Sequence record: NGBS01000298.1
Strand: one strand, 5' to 3'
Length of the DNA stretch: 32,000 nucleotides
Shown: positions 17,687 to 26,726 of the stretch, in pieces
How the letters are laid out: every line of letters starts with the position of its first letter
Numbering within the stretch: position 1 is the first letter of the stretch
Position numbers and translations under genes: made by a program
Notes under the pieces: generated by a model
What the model saw: the letters and a program-made list of their open reading frames with translations, nothing else
What the model was told of the DNA's origin: nothing
Database searches by the model: none

Positions 17687-19668
17687 TGTTTATTCTTATA
17701 TTATTATTACCACTACTTAGTGCATTATTTTGTAATCTTTTTGGAAGATTTCTAATAAAAGAGGGTTCTGCTATTTTATCTACTTCATGCCTATTTATTA
17801 CATTTTTAATAAGCAGTTTTGCATTTTATCATGTAGCTATTGCTCATAATTTAGTAAATTTAACATTATCTAAATGGATGATTTCTGGCGTTTTTTTTAT
17901 TAATTGGGGTATTTATTTAGATACTCTTACTGTTGTTATGCTTGTTGTTGTAACTAGTATTTCAACACTTGTTCATTTTTATTCAATTGGTTATATGGGT
18001 GAAGATCCACATTTTCCTAGATTTATGTCTTATTTATCTTTATTTACATTTTTTATGTTAACTCTTGTTGTTTCTGATAATTTTGTTCAAATGTTTGTAG
18101 GTTGGGAAGGTGTTGGACTTTGTTCTTATTTATTAATTAATTTTTGGAATACTCGTATTCAAGCTAATAAAGCTGCAATTAAAGCAATGCTTGTAAATAG
18201 AGTTGGTGATTTCGGTTTAACACTTGGTATTCTTTGTATTTTTGTAATTTTTAAATGTGTAAATTATTCAACTGTTTTTAGTCTTGTTTATACTTATTTA
18301 AATGCTTCTATTTTAATTGGTAATACTTATTTTAATGCTTTAGATATTATATGTTGTTTATTATTTATTGGTGCTATTGGTAAATCAGCCCAAATAGGAC
18401 TACATGTTTGGTTACCTGATGCAATGGAAGGTCCTACACCTGTTTCAGCATTAATTCACGCAGCTACTATGGTTACTGCTGGCGTATTTATGGTTAGTAG
18501 AAGTTCTCCATTATTTGAATATGCCTCTAATGCATTAATTTTTGTAACTATTATCGGTGCTTGTACTACTTTTTTTGCAGCTTCTGTTGGATTAGTACAA
18601 AATGATTTAAAACGTGTTATTGCCTTTTCAACTTGTAGTCAATTAGGTTATATGATATTTGCTTGCGGACTTTCTAGTTATTCTGTAGGTGTTTTCCATT
18701 TAGCTAATCATGCTTTTTTTAAAGCACTTTTATTTTTAAGTGCTGGTTCTATTATTCATTCAATGAGTGATGAACAAGATATGCATAAATTAGGCGGTCT
18801 TGCTAATATTTTACCATTTACTTATTCAATGATTGTTATTGGATCTTTAGCTTTAGCTGGATTTCCATTTTTATCTGGATTCTATTCAAAAGATGTTATT
18901 CTTGAATTAGCATTTGCTAAATTTACAATTAGTAGTCAATTTGCTTATTGGTTTGGTACAATTTCTGCTTTTTTAACTGCTTTTTATTCTATTCGTTTAA
19001 TATTTTTAACTTTTTTAAATAATTCTAAAGCTTATAGAAGTGTTCATTTACATGCACATGATGCGAATATATTTTTAGGATTACCTCTATTTGTTCTAAG
19101 TATTGGTAGTATTTTCGTAGGTTATATTTGTAAAGATATGTTTGTTGGTTTAGGTTCAGATTTTTGGGGAAATTCTTTATTTGTTTTAAGTTCACATGTT
19201 TATTTTTTTGATGCTGAATTTTTACCTTTAACCTTTAAATTATTACCTGTTATTTTTAGTATTTTAGGTTGTATTATTGCATATATATTATATACTTATG
19301 GTCAAACTTTTTTATTAAGTTTTCATAAATATAGTTTTATTCGTAAATTACATTTTTTTTTAAATCGTCGTTGGTTATTTGATAAAGTTTATAATGAAAC
19401 AATAAATCAATTTATATTATATGTAGGTTATAATTCAACATTTGAATCATTTGATAGAGGATTACTTGAAATTTGCGGTCCTTTCGGATTATCAAATAAT
19501 ATTTCAAAAAAAAGTAAAGATGTTTCTTATATTCAAACCGGTTTCTTTTATCATTATGCTTTAATTTTTGTATTCGGTATTATAGCTTATTGTTTATTTT
19601 TTAATTGTTCTATTTATTATATTTTAATTTTTAACTGTTTTATTAGTTATTTTTGTTTATATAAATAA
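17686..19668 (+). CDS. nad5: NADH dehydrogenase subunit 5
   Basis: 660-aa membrane ORF with GWEGVGLCSYLLINFW and HVWLPDAMEGPTPVSALIHAATMVTAG. Confidence 0.95.
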   Translation: MFILILLLPLLSALFCNLFGRFLIKEGSAILSTSCLFITFLISSFAFYHVAIAHNLVNLTLSKWMISGVFFINWGIYLDTLTVVMLVVVTSISTLVHFYSIGYMGEDPHFPRFMSYLSLFTFFMLTLVVSDNFVQMFVGWEGVGLCSYLLINFWNTRIQANKAAIKAMLVNRVGDFGLTLGILCIFVIFKCVNYSTVFSLVYTYLNASILIGNTYFNALDIICCLLFIGAIGKSAQIGLHVWLPDAMEGPTPVSALIHAATMVTAGVFMVSRSSPLFEYASNALIFVTIIGACTTFFAASVGLVQNDLKRVIAFSTCSQLGYMIFACGLSSYSVGVFHLANHAFFKALLFLSAGSIIHSMSDEQDMHKLGGLANILPFTYSMIVIGSLALAGFPFLSGFYSKDVILELAFAKFTISSQFAYWFGTISAFLTAFYSIRLIFLTFLNNSKAYRSVHLHAHDANIFLGLPLFVLSIGSIFVGYICKDMFVGLGSDFWGNSLFVLSSHVYFFDAEFLPLTFKLLPVIFSILGCIIAYILYTYGQTFLLSFHKYSFIRKLHFFLNRRWLFDKVYNETINQFILYVGYNSTFESFDRGLLEICGPFGLSNNISKKSKDVSYIQTGFFYHYALIFVFGIIAYCLFFNCSIYYILIFNCFISYFCLYK

Positions 19669-21827
19669 TATATAATTTAACTTAAAATTATTAAATGAAA
19701 CTAGAATTAGATAAAGTTTATGCTAGTCTTAGTAAAAATCATAAAATAGACGTAATAACTCTATTATCTTTTGGAAATATAGCTGGTTATAGTATTCCAC
19801 ATTTTTGTTATCATAGAAAATTAATGTTAGCTGGAAGTTGTAGAGCATGCTTATGTTTAGTAGAAAAAGAAAGAAAAGCTTCTCCTGCTTGTGCAACTCA
19901 TGCTAGAAATAATATGCATTTATTACTTGGTGAAAAATATACAGCAATGCAAGAATTAAGAGAAAATGTTCTAGAATTAATTTTATGTAATCATCCATTA
20001 GATTGTCCCGTTTGTGATCAAGGTGGTGAATGTGAATTACAAGATATTTCACATATGTTTGGTAATGCAACTAGTGGTTACTTTTATAGAAAACATTGTT
20101 TTGAGAATAAAAATTGTGGACCTATTATTAAAACTGCTATGAATCGTTGTATTCATTGTACACGTTGTGTACGTTTTGCTAAAGATATTGCTGGATTTGA
20201 ACTATGGGGTTTAACTGGAAGAGGTAGTTCTATGGAAATTGGGAATTATATTAATAGTTTTTTTTATTCCGAAGTTTCTGGAAATGTAACAGATCTTTGT
20301 CCAGTTGGAGCTTTAACATTAAAACCTTATTCTTTTAAAAGTAGACCTTGGGATTTAGTACATGATTTTTTTATTGACTTATCTGATGGATTAGGTTCAA
20401 ATATTTCTATAAATAGTAGAGGTTCTTTTGTTTATAGAATTATACCAAGAATAAATGATGAAGTAAATGAAGATTGGATTTCAGATAAAGCTCGTTTTTA
20501 TTTTGACGGATTATTACATAATAGAATAACATCTCCAATGAATTCTCTAAAAGCTATTAATTGGGATTTTGCCTTCTTTTTATTAAAAAAAAATTTATTT
20601 AATTCTAATTTTGATGGAAATGAATTTCGTGTATTTATGAATAATAATATAGAATGTGAATCAATGATTATTATCAAAAAATTTTTTAATAAATTAGGTA
20701 TTTCTACTTTTGATAATCCTATAAAAGTTAATAATGGTTTTGGAAATAACTATAGATTTAATAAATTTACAGATATTGATGATAAACTACATGTATGTTT
20801 AACTGTTGGTTGTAATTTAAAAGATGAAGCTTCTGTTTTAAATTTAAGATATCGTAAAAAATATATAAATGGTCATTCATATTTTTATAATATTGGTACT
20901 TTTTGTAATTTAAATTATGCTGTTTATAATTTAAGTTCTAATATGAAAGCTTTTACTAATTTTGTTGAAGGTAAAAATTCTTTAACTACTGTTTTTGTTA
21001 GAAAAAATAATATATTTAATCATGTTATTTTTAATTCTTCTTTTTTTATGGATAGAGGTTATTATAATTGTTTTGATTTTTTTAGAACATTTTTAAAACA
21101 AATTAAATCAGAAAGTGTTGTAAATATTTTATATAATAAACCAAATACTATTGGTAATCTTGATATTAATTTTTATCATAGATTACCTATAAATCCTAAA
21201 AAAATTAAAAATTTATTTTTAATTAATACTGACAATTCACATACTTTATCAGTAGATCATTTTAATAGCGATTATTTAAAAAATAAATTTATTGTTTTTA
21301 TTGGATCTATTGCTACTGATTTAGTAAAATATGCTAATATTATTTTACCTGATATGTATTTATTCCAAAGAGCTGGTACTTTTGTTAATATTGAAGGAAG
21401 ACCTCAATTTGTTTTACCTATTTCTAAAGTATTTGGAAAAAGTAGACACGATTTTGATATCTTCTTATCTTTAGGTATTAGTTTAAATTTAAAATTAAAT
21501 TTAGATGGAAGAGATCTTCCTAAATTAATAGAAAGATATTTACCTCATTGTCAAATTAGAAATAAAGTTCAAACTCATGCTTTTAGTTCTATGGTACCAA
21601 GTGTTCATCCTTTTGGAGTACTTCATAATGTTCATTTTGTTCCAAAAATTTATTCTTTTTATCAAAGTGATGATGTTTCAGCTAATTCTTTAATTATGAG
21701 TGATATTTGTCATGTTTACAATAAATCAATTAAAAATAGAGGAATAAAAAACTTTTATTATTTTTATTAAAAAATGTTAAGCTTTTTTTCAAGTAATTTT
21801 ATAAATTTACTTTTATATATTATTTAT
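19660..21827. repeat. Inverted repeat, right arm (the part with a visible partner; it may continue to 32000 and beyond)
   Basis: Reverse complement of 1..2168. The partner of anything right of 21827 would lie left of the window start. Confidence 0.93.
19695..21770 (+). CDS. nad11: NADH dehydrogenase 75-kDa subunit, copy B in the right repeat arm
   Basis: Translation is identical to the ORF at 58..2133 and carries the same Fe-S motifs. Confidence 0.95.
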   Translation: MKLELDKVYASLSKNHKIDVITLLSFGNIAGYSIPHFCYHRKLMLAGSCRACLCLVEKERKASPACATHARNNMHLLLGEKYTAMQELRENVLELILCNHPLDCPVCDQGGECELQDISHMFGNATSGYFYRKHCFENKNCGPIIKTAMNRCIHCTRCVRFAKDIAGFELWGLTGRGSSMEIGNYINSFFYSEVSGNVTDLCPVGALTLKPYSFKSRPWDLVHDFFIDLSDGLGSNISINSRGSFVYRIIPRINDEVNEDWISDKARFYFDGLLHNRITSPMNSLKAINWDFAFFLLKKNLFNSNFDGNEFRVFMNNNIECESMIIIKKFFNKLGISTFDNPIKVNNGFGNNYRFNKFTDIDDKLHVCLTVGCNLKDEASVLNLRYRKKYINGHSYFYNIGTFCNLNYAVYNLSSNMKAFTNFVEGKNSLTTVFVRKNNIFNHVIFNSSFFMDRGYYNCFDFFRTFLKQIKSESVVNILYNKPNTIGNLDINFYHRLPINPKKIKNLFLINTDNSHTLSVDHFNSDYLKNKFIVFIGSIATDLVKYANIILPDMYLFQRAGTFVNIEGRPQFVLPISKVFGKSRHDFDIFLSLGISLNLKLNLDGRDLPKLIERYLPHCQIRNKVQTHAFSSMVPSVHPFGVLHNVHFVPKIYSFYQSDDVSANSLIMSDICHVYNKSIKNRGIKNFYYFY

Positions 21828-22784
21828 ATTGTTGTTAAATTTCTTTTAATAATTATATTTACTCTTGTTGGAGTTGCTTATTTAACTCTTGCTGAACGTA
21901 AAGTATTAGGTGGTATTCAAAGAAGAAAAGGACCTAAAGTTGTTGGTGCTTTTGGATTAATTCAACCTTTAGCTGATGGTGCTAAACTTTTATTAAAAGA
22001 AACCATTTTACCAAGTAATGCTAATATTTTCGTTTTTATTCTTGCACCTATTCTTACTTTTACTTTAAGTTTATTTGTATGGGCTGTTATTCCTTTTGCT
22101 AAAGGTGTTGTTTTTGTTGATTTAAATATTGGTGTTTTATTTATTTATGCTGTTTCTTCTTTATCTGTTTATGGTATTATTTTATCAGGTTGGGCAAGTA
22201 ATAGTAGATATGCATTTTTAGGTGGATTACGTTCAACTGCTCAAATGATTTCATATGAAGTTTCTATTGGTTTAATTTTAATTTCTATTGTTTTATGTGC
22301 TTCTTCTTTAAATTTAACAAATATTGTTTTAGCACAAGAATTTATTTGGTTTTGTTTTCCTTTATTTCCTCTTTGTTTTATATTTGCTATTTGTATGTTA
22401 GCTGAAACAAGTCGTCATCCTTTTGATTTACCTGAAGCTGAAGGTGAATTAGTTGCTGGATATAATGTTGAATACTCAGCTATGGGATATGCTTTATTCT
22501 TTTTAGGTGAATACGGAAATATGATTTTTATGAGTGGATTCTTTTCTATTTTATTTTTAGGAGGTTGGTTTTTTATTTCTTGTATTCAAGGTTATTTACT
22601 ATTTGCTATTAAAATTGTAATACTTATTGTTTTTTTTATACTTGTTCGTGGTGCTTATCCACGTTATCGTTATGATCAATTAATGAGAATTGGTTGGAAA
22701 AGTTTTTTACCTTTAGCTCTTGCTGTACTTGTAACTGTTAGCATTCTAATTGGTTTAATTAATCATTGTATATTTATTATATAA
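21774..22784 (+). CDS. nad1: NADH dehydrogenase subunit 1
   Basis: [28 protein letters not shown] and [19 protein letters not shown] are canonical Nad1/NuoH motifs. Confidence 0.95.
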   Translation: MLSFFSSNFINLLLYIIYIVVKFLLIIIFTLVGVAYLTLAERKVLGGIQRRKGPKVVGAFGLIQPLADGAKLLLKETILPSNANIFVFILAPILTFTLSLFVWAVIPFAKGVVFVDLNIGVLFIYAVSSLSVYGIILSGWASNSRYAFLGGLRSTAQMISYEVSIGLILISIVLCASSLNLTNIVLAQEFIWFCFPLFPLCFIFAICMLAETSRHPFDLPEAEGELVAGYNVEYSAMGYALFFLGEYGNMIFMSGFFSILFLGGWFFISCIQGYLLFAIKIVILIVFFILVRGAYPRYRYDQLMRIGWKSFLPLALAVLVTVSILIGLINHCIFII

Positions 22785-22800
22785 TTATTATTAATAAATT

Positions 22801-23181
22801 ATGATACAAATGAATACTATTTTAAAAGTAGCTGATAATTCTGGTGCTAAAACAGTATTTTGTTTTAAATTTCCTAATAAATTAAAACATAATGCAACTT
22901 TTTTTAATGAAAAAGCAAAAGTTTCTATTAGATCTTTACGTAAAAGAGGTTCTTTAAAAATAAAAAAAGGTGATATTTATACTGCTCTTGTTTTACGACA
23001 AAAAATTAATTTAAGAAGATTTAATGGATCTTTTATTAAATTTTCAAATAATTCTGTTATTCTTTTTGATCCTAAAAAGGATAATACACCTTTGGGTACT
23101 CGTATTTTTGGTATAGTTAATAAAGAATTACGCTTAAAAAAATATTTGAAAATTATTTCATTAGCTTCTTGTCTTATTTAA
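22801..23181 (+). CDS. rpl14: Ribosomal protein L14
   Basis: The N-terminus MIQMNTILKVADNSGAK is the L14 signature. Confidence 0.9.
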   Translation: MIQMNTILKVADNSGAKTVFCFKFPNKLKHNATFFNEKAKVSIRSLRKRGSLKIKKGDIYTALVLRQKINLRRFNGSFIKFSNNSVILFDPKKDNTPLGTRIFGIVNKELRLKKYLKIISLASCLI

Positions 23182-23185
23182 TAAA

Positions 23186-23728
23186 ATGTTTTCCAGAAAT
23201 ATTTATAATTATTATTATTATAATATTGTTCAATTTGATTTATATTTAAAATGTTTTTGTAAAAATTATATGGAGATTGTTAAATTAAAACAAATTATAT
23301 TATATTTTAATTTTAAAAATACAAATGATTCAATTTCTGAAAAAAAAAAAAAACTTATGTGTATTTTTACTTCTTTTTTAATTACAAATCAATTTGGTAA
23401 ATTTATTTCAACTCAAGATATACAAAAAAATAAAAATAAAACTTATAATTTAGTTAGTTATAAAATATCTTTACGTAAAAATACTATGTTTTTATTTATT
23501 TCTTATTTGTTTACATTTTTATCTCCAAATACTTTAAATTTTAAATATTTAAAAAATAATAAAAATACTTTTACTTATAATCTAAATAATTTATTTTTAT
23601 TTCCTGAAATTTATTTAAATATTTATAATTTTGTTTTAATTCGCAATGAAACTCTAAATATTACTTTTGTTACTAATTCAACAAATAGTTCTTTTTTAAA
23701 TTTATTAATTAGTTCTTTTAATATTTAA
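23186..23728 (+). CDS. rpl5: Ribosomal protein L5
   Basis: YYNIVQFDLYLKCFCKNYMEIVKLKQIILYFNF fits the L5 N-terminal pattern (Y...V...L...F.Y.N.M.VP.L.KIV.N.G). It follows rpl14 as in the spc operon. Confidence 0.7.
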   Translation: MFSRNIYNYYYYNIVQFDLYLKCFCKNYMEIVKLKQIILYFNFKNTNDSISEKKKKLMCIFTSFLITNQFGKFISTQDIQKNKNKTYNLVSYKISLRKNTMFLFISYLFTFLSPNTLNFKYLKNNKNTFTYNLNNLFLFPEIYLNIYNFVLIRNETLNITFVTNSTNSSFLNLLISSFNI

Positions 23729-23729
23729 T

Positions 23730-24380
23730 ATGACTTCTTTTTTAAATAATTGTAATTTTGAAAAAAGTGTTTTTAATGAAATTTTATATGAAAAAATTAC
23801 TTTTTTAAAATGTAATTTTAAAAAAAAATATATTCTTATTCTTTTTTTAAATTATTTAAATAAAACTGGTAATAAAGTTTTAGCAGAATCTATTATATAT
23901 CGTCTTCTGTTTTTATTAAAAAAAACTTCTTTAACTAAAAATTCTATTTTATTTTCTCAACAAGAATCTAGCTTATGTATATTAAATCAAGCTTTTATTA
24001 ATGTTATGCCATCTTTTAAATTAATTTTAAAAAATAAAAAAGAATATACTGTAGTTTCTTTTCAAGATTTAATTAAAGATCATTCTATATTATTAAATAA
24101 ACAACAATTTACAGATAGTAAAAATTCTAATAATAAGAATTCTTTTGATTTACTTAATATTATTACAGTTATACCTGTTCCTCTTAATTTAAATACTAGA
24201 TGTTTAAAAGGTTGTACATTTTTATTTAAAAGTGCAGTTTTACATAAAAATAGTTTTGATTTTGCTTCAAAATTATATGAAGAATTATTATTAGCTTATT
24301 ATTCTTGTGGACGTAGTGTTTATTTAAAAAATGAAATTGATAAAATTGCTTGTATTCATAGATCTAATATTAAATTTTAA
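23730..24380 (+). CDS. rps7: Ribosomal protein S7
   Basis: FLNYLNKTGNKVLAESIIYRLL aligns with bacterial S7 [22 protein letters not shown]. The C-terminal KNEIDKIACIHRSNIKF aligns with REDVHRMAEANKAFAHYRW. Confidence 0.75.
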   Translation: MTSFLNNCNFEKSVFNEILYEKITFLKCNFKKKYILILFLNYLNKTGNKVLAESIIYRLLFLLKKTSLTKNSILFSQQESSLCILNQAFINVMPSFKLILKNKKEYTVVSFQDLIKDHSILLNKQQFTDSKNSNNKNSFDLLNIITVIPVPLNLNTRCLKGCTFLFKSAVLHKNSFDFASKLYEELLLAYYSCGRSVYLKNEIDKIACIHRSNIKF

Positions 24381-24405
24381 AGAAGTTTAACCATATTTTA
24401 TTGGT

Positions 24406-24476
24406 AGGAGAATAGTTTAATGGTAGAATGAGAACCTCCAAAGTTATTGATAAGAGTTCGAATCTCTTTTCTCCTG
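24406..24476 (+). tRNA. trnW(cca): tRNA-Trp (anticodon CCA)
   Basis: 71-nt cloverleaf. Acceptor aggagaa/ttctcct, anticodon loop ctccaaa, T arm aagag-ttcgaat-ctctt. One mismatch in the anticodon stem. Confidence 0.8.
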
Positions 24477-24524
24477 TTTTATTTTTTTATAAAATATATA
24501 TAAATTATATTTTATAAAATTAAT

Positions 24525-24596
24525 GTCTTTTTCGTCTAGTGGTTAGGACATGATCTTTTCAAGGTCAGTAGGCAAGTTCAAATCTTGCAAGAGATA
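24525..24596 (+). tRNA. trnE(uuc): tRNA-Glu (anticodon UUC)
   Basis: 72-nt cloverleaf. Acceptor gtctttt/aagagat (with G.U pairs), anticodon stem tgatc/ggtca, loop ttttcaa, T arm gcaag-ttcaaat-cttgc. Confidence 0.8.
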
Positions 24597-24604
24597 TTAT
24601 AATT

Positions 24605-25003
24605 ATGCCCACATTTTCTCAATTAATTAAAAATCCTCGAATTCCAAAACTTCATAAAATTAAAGCACCTTTATTAATTAATCAACCACAAAAAAGAGCA
24701 ATTTGCTTTAGAATTTTTATTAAAAATCCTAAAAAACCTAATTCAGCTAAACGTAAAGTTGCTAATGTAGGTTTTATTAAAAAATTATCTATTTTTAGTT
24801 TTAAAAAAATAAATGTTTTAACTTATATACCTGGGATAGGAAATAATTTACAAGCAAATTCAAATGTTTTATTTAGAGGGGGACGCGTAAAAGATTTACC
24901 TGGTGTTCGTTATCATTTAATCAGAGGTGTTCTTGATTTTAATGGCGTTAAAGATAGAAAAAATGCACGTTCTAAATATGGAACTAAAAAATTTAATGTT
25001 TAA
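24605..25003 (+). CDS. rps12: Ribosomal protein S12
   Basis: [24 protein letters not shown] and [17 protein letters not shown] are canonical S12 motifs. Confidence 0.95.
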   Translation: MPTFSQLIKNPRIPKLHKIKAPLLINQPQKRAICFRIFIKNPKKPNSAKRKVANVGFIKKLSIFSFKKINVLTYIPGIGNNLQANSNVLFRGGRVKDLPGVRYHLIRGVLDFNGVKDRKNARSKYGTKKFNV

Positions 25004-25017
25004 AATTTAAACATATA

Positions 25018-25091
25018 TCTCTAATAGCTCAATTGGTTAGAGCTTTCGACTGTTAATCGGGTGGTTATTGGTTCAAATCCAATTTAGGGAG
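25018..25091 (+). tRNA. trnN(guu): tRNA-Asn (anticodon GUU)
   Basis: 74-nt cloverleaf. Acceptor tctctaa/ttaggga, D arm gctc-aattggtta-gagc, anticodon stem ttcga/tcggg, loop ctgttaa, T arm attgg-ttcaaat-ccaat. Confidence 0.85.
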
Positions 25092-25094
25092 TTT

Positions 25095-25167
25095 GGAAGA
25101 GTTGCTTAGTGGTTAGAGCATTACATTGTCATTGTAAATGTCGCGGGTTCAAATCCCGTCTTTTCCG
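25095..25167 (+). tRNA. trnD(guc): tRNA-Asp (anticodon GUC)
   Basis: 73-nt cloverleaf. Acceptor ggaagag/cttttcc, anticodon stem ttaca/tgtaa, loop ttgtcat, T arm gcggg-ttcaaat-cccgt. Confidence 0.85.
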
Positions 25168-25175
25168 TTTTAATT

Positions 25176-25541
25176 ATGAATTTTGTTTATTATAATTTTT
25201 TTGCATTATTTATTTATCTTGTAGCAAGTCTTATTCTTTCTATAATTATTTTTGGAGCTTCTTATGTTTTAGCTACCCAACAACCTGAAATTAATAAAGT
25301 AGCTGCTTATGAATGTGGTTTTGATCCATTTGGAGATTCTCGTGAAAGTTTTAATATTCAATATTATTTAGTTGCTATTTTATTTATTATTTTTGATTTA
25401 GAAATTTCATTTTTATTTCCATGGGCTATATCTTTTGATGTTTTAACAGATTTTGGTTTATTTATTGTAATTATTTATTTAATTATTATTACAATTGGTT
25501 TCTTTTATGAATGGCGTAAAGGAGCTTTAGAATGGGAATAA
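25176..25541 (+). CDS. nad3: NADH dehydrogenase subunit 3
   Basis: YECGFDPFGDSR and FDLEISFLFPW are canonical Nad3 motifs. 121 aa. Confidence 0.95.
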   Translation: MNFVYYNFFALFIYLVASLILSIIIFGASYVLATQQPEINKVAAYECGFDPFGDSRESFNIQYYLVAILFIIFDLEISFLFPWAISFDVLTDFGLFIVIIYLIIITIGFFYEWRKGALEWE

Positions 25542-25575
25542 TTGTTTAATTATTTATAATTTATATAAATTGTAT

Positions 25576-25648
25576 AACGAGATAGTTTAGTGGTTAGAAC
25601 GATGGAATCATAAATCATATATCGTGGGTTCAAATCCCTCTCTCGTTA
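25576..25648 (+). tRNA. tRNA with CAU anticodon (Met, initiator, or Ile if C34 is modified)
   Basis: 73-nt cloverleaf. Acceptor aacgaga/tctcgtt, loop atcataa, T arm gtggg-ttcaaat-ccctc. One mismatch each in the anticodon and T stems. Confidence 0.75.
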
Positions 25649-25658
25649 TTTATTTTTA

Positions 25659-25731
25659 CAGAGCGTAGTGTAGTTGGTAACATATTTGCTTTGGGTGTAA
25701 AAGTTCGTAGGTTCGAATCCTACCGTTCTGA
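25659..25731 (+). tRNA. trnP(ugg): tRNA-Pro (anticodon UGG)
   Basis: 73-nt cloverleaf. Acceptor cagagcg/cgttctg, anticodon stem tttgc/gtaaa, loop tttgggt, T arm gtagg-ttcgaat-cctac. Confidence 0.85.
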
Positions 25732-25745
25732 GGTAAATTTTTTAT

Positions 25746-26339
25746 ATGTCTAATATTTTTTTTAATCTTTTTGCTAGTTTATTATTAATTTCTTTAATAA
25801 TGGTTGTATCCGTTAATAATGCAATTTATTCTGTGTTATTTTTAATTTTTTCTTTTTTTAATGTTATGTGTTTATTATTATTATTAGGTGTTGATTTTAT
25901 TTCATTAATATTTTTAATTATTTATTTAGGAGCTATTACTGTTTTATTTTTATTCGTAATTATGATGATTCAATTAAAAACAGAAGATTTTGGAAATTTT
26001 AAATTTATTCCTGTTTTCTGTTTTGTTGTTCTTTTTATCTTTTTTATTGATATTTTTAAAAATAATGATGTTTTTATGGTATTTTTAAATGAAAATTCTA
26101 ATTTAAATTATATGAATTGGTTTTTAAAAATTATTAATATTGATAATATAAGAATGATTGGACAAATTGCTTATACTTATTTTGCTGTATATTTTATTAT
26201 ATCTGGTATTATTTTATTAATTGCGATGATTGGTGCTATTTTATTAAGTTTAAAAAAAAATCAATATGTTCGTAAATGGCAAAATACTTCTCAACAACTT
26301 TCTCGTTGTGTTGAAAATGCTATTTTTTTTGTATATTAA
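25746..26339 (+). CDS. nad6: NADH dehydrogenase subunit 6
   Basis: 197-aa hydrophobic ORF. NAIYSVLFLIFSF..LLLLGVDFISLIFLIIYLGAITVLFLFVIMM fits the Nad6 N-terminal pattern. Confidence 0.85.
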   Translation: MSNIFFNLFASLLLISLIMVVSVNNAIYSVLFLIFSFFNVMCLLLLLGVDFISLIFLIIYLGAITVLFLFVIMMIQLKTEDFGNFKFIPVFCFVVLFIFFIDIFKNNDVFMVFLNENSNLNYMNWFLKIINIDNIRMIGQIAYTYFAVYFIISGIILLIAMIGAILLSLKKNQYVRKWQNTSQQLSRCVENAIFFVY

Positions 26340-26378
26340 TTATTAATTATATTTTTTTATAAATATTTATTTATATTT

Positions 26379-26459
26379 GTCTGTCTGGTGGAATTGGTTA
26401 GACACGGAAGACTTAAAATCTTCTCCTTTGGGGTGCAGGTTCAAATCCTGTGATAGATA
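26379..26459 (+). tRNA. trnL(uaa): tRNA-Leu (anticodon UAA), class II
   Basis: 81-nt cloverleaf. Acceptor gtctgtc/gatagat, anticodon stem gaaga/tcttc, loop cttaaaa, 11-nt variable arm, T arm gcagg-ttcaaat-cctgt. Confidence 0.85.
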
Positions 26460-26466
26460 TTGCGTG

Positions 26467-26539
26467 GAGCTTGTAGCTTAATGGTTAAAGCATGCCGCTC
26501 ATAACGGTGTCATTGTAGGTTCAAGTCCTGCCTGGCTTA
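26467..26539 (+). tRNA. tRNA with CAU anticodon (possible initiator)
   Basis: 73-nt cloverleaf. Anticodon stem tgccg/cggtg (three consecutive G:C pairs next to the loop), loop ctcataa, T arm gtagg-ttcaagt-cctgc. The acceptor gagcttg/ctggctt has one mismatch and two G.U pairs. Confidence 0.7.
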
Positions 26540-26561
26540 TTTTTTTTTATATAAATACAAT

Positions 26562-26646
26562 GGAAGGGTTGCTTAATTGGTTATAGCAGCAGTTTGCTAA
26601 ACTGCCGACATTTTTTGTCTTATGGGTTCAAGTCCCATTCTTTCCG
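26562..26646 (+). tRNA. trnS(gcu): tRNA-Ser (anticodon GCU), class II
   Basis: 85-nt cloverleaf. Acceptor ggaaggg/tctttcc, anticodon stem gcagt/actgc, loop ttgctaa, long variable arm gaca-ttttt-tgtc, T arm atggg-ttcaagt-cccat. Confidence 0.85.
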
Positions 26647-26652
26647 TTATTT

Positions 26653-26724
26653 GCGAATATATATCAATGGTTAGATAAGTTGTCTTCCAAACAGCGTATA
26701 TGGGTTCGATTCTCATTATTCGCA
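26653..26724 (+). tRNA. trnG(ucc): tRNA-Gly (anticodon UCC)
   Basis: 72-nt cloverleaf. Acceptor gcgaata/tattcgc, anticodon stem gttgt/acagc, loop cttccaa, T arm atggg-ttcgatt-ctcat. Confidence 0.85.
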
Positions 26725-26726
26725 TT

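Noticed and set aside
1-21827. Inverted repeat interpreted as the ends of a transposon or IS element
   Set aside because: There is no transposase, integrase or target-site duplication. The arms carry core organelle genes (nad11, nad1) and the intervening 17.5 kb consists of housekeeping genes. This is a genome-architecture repeat, not a mobile element.
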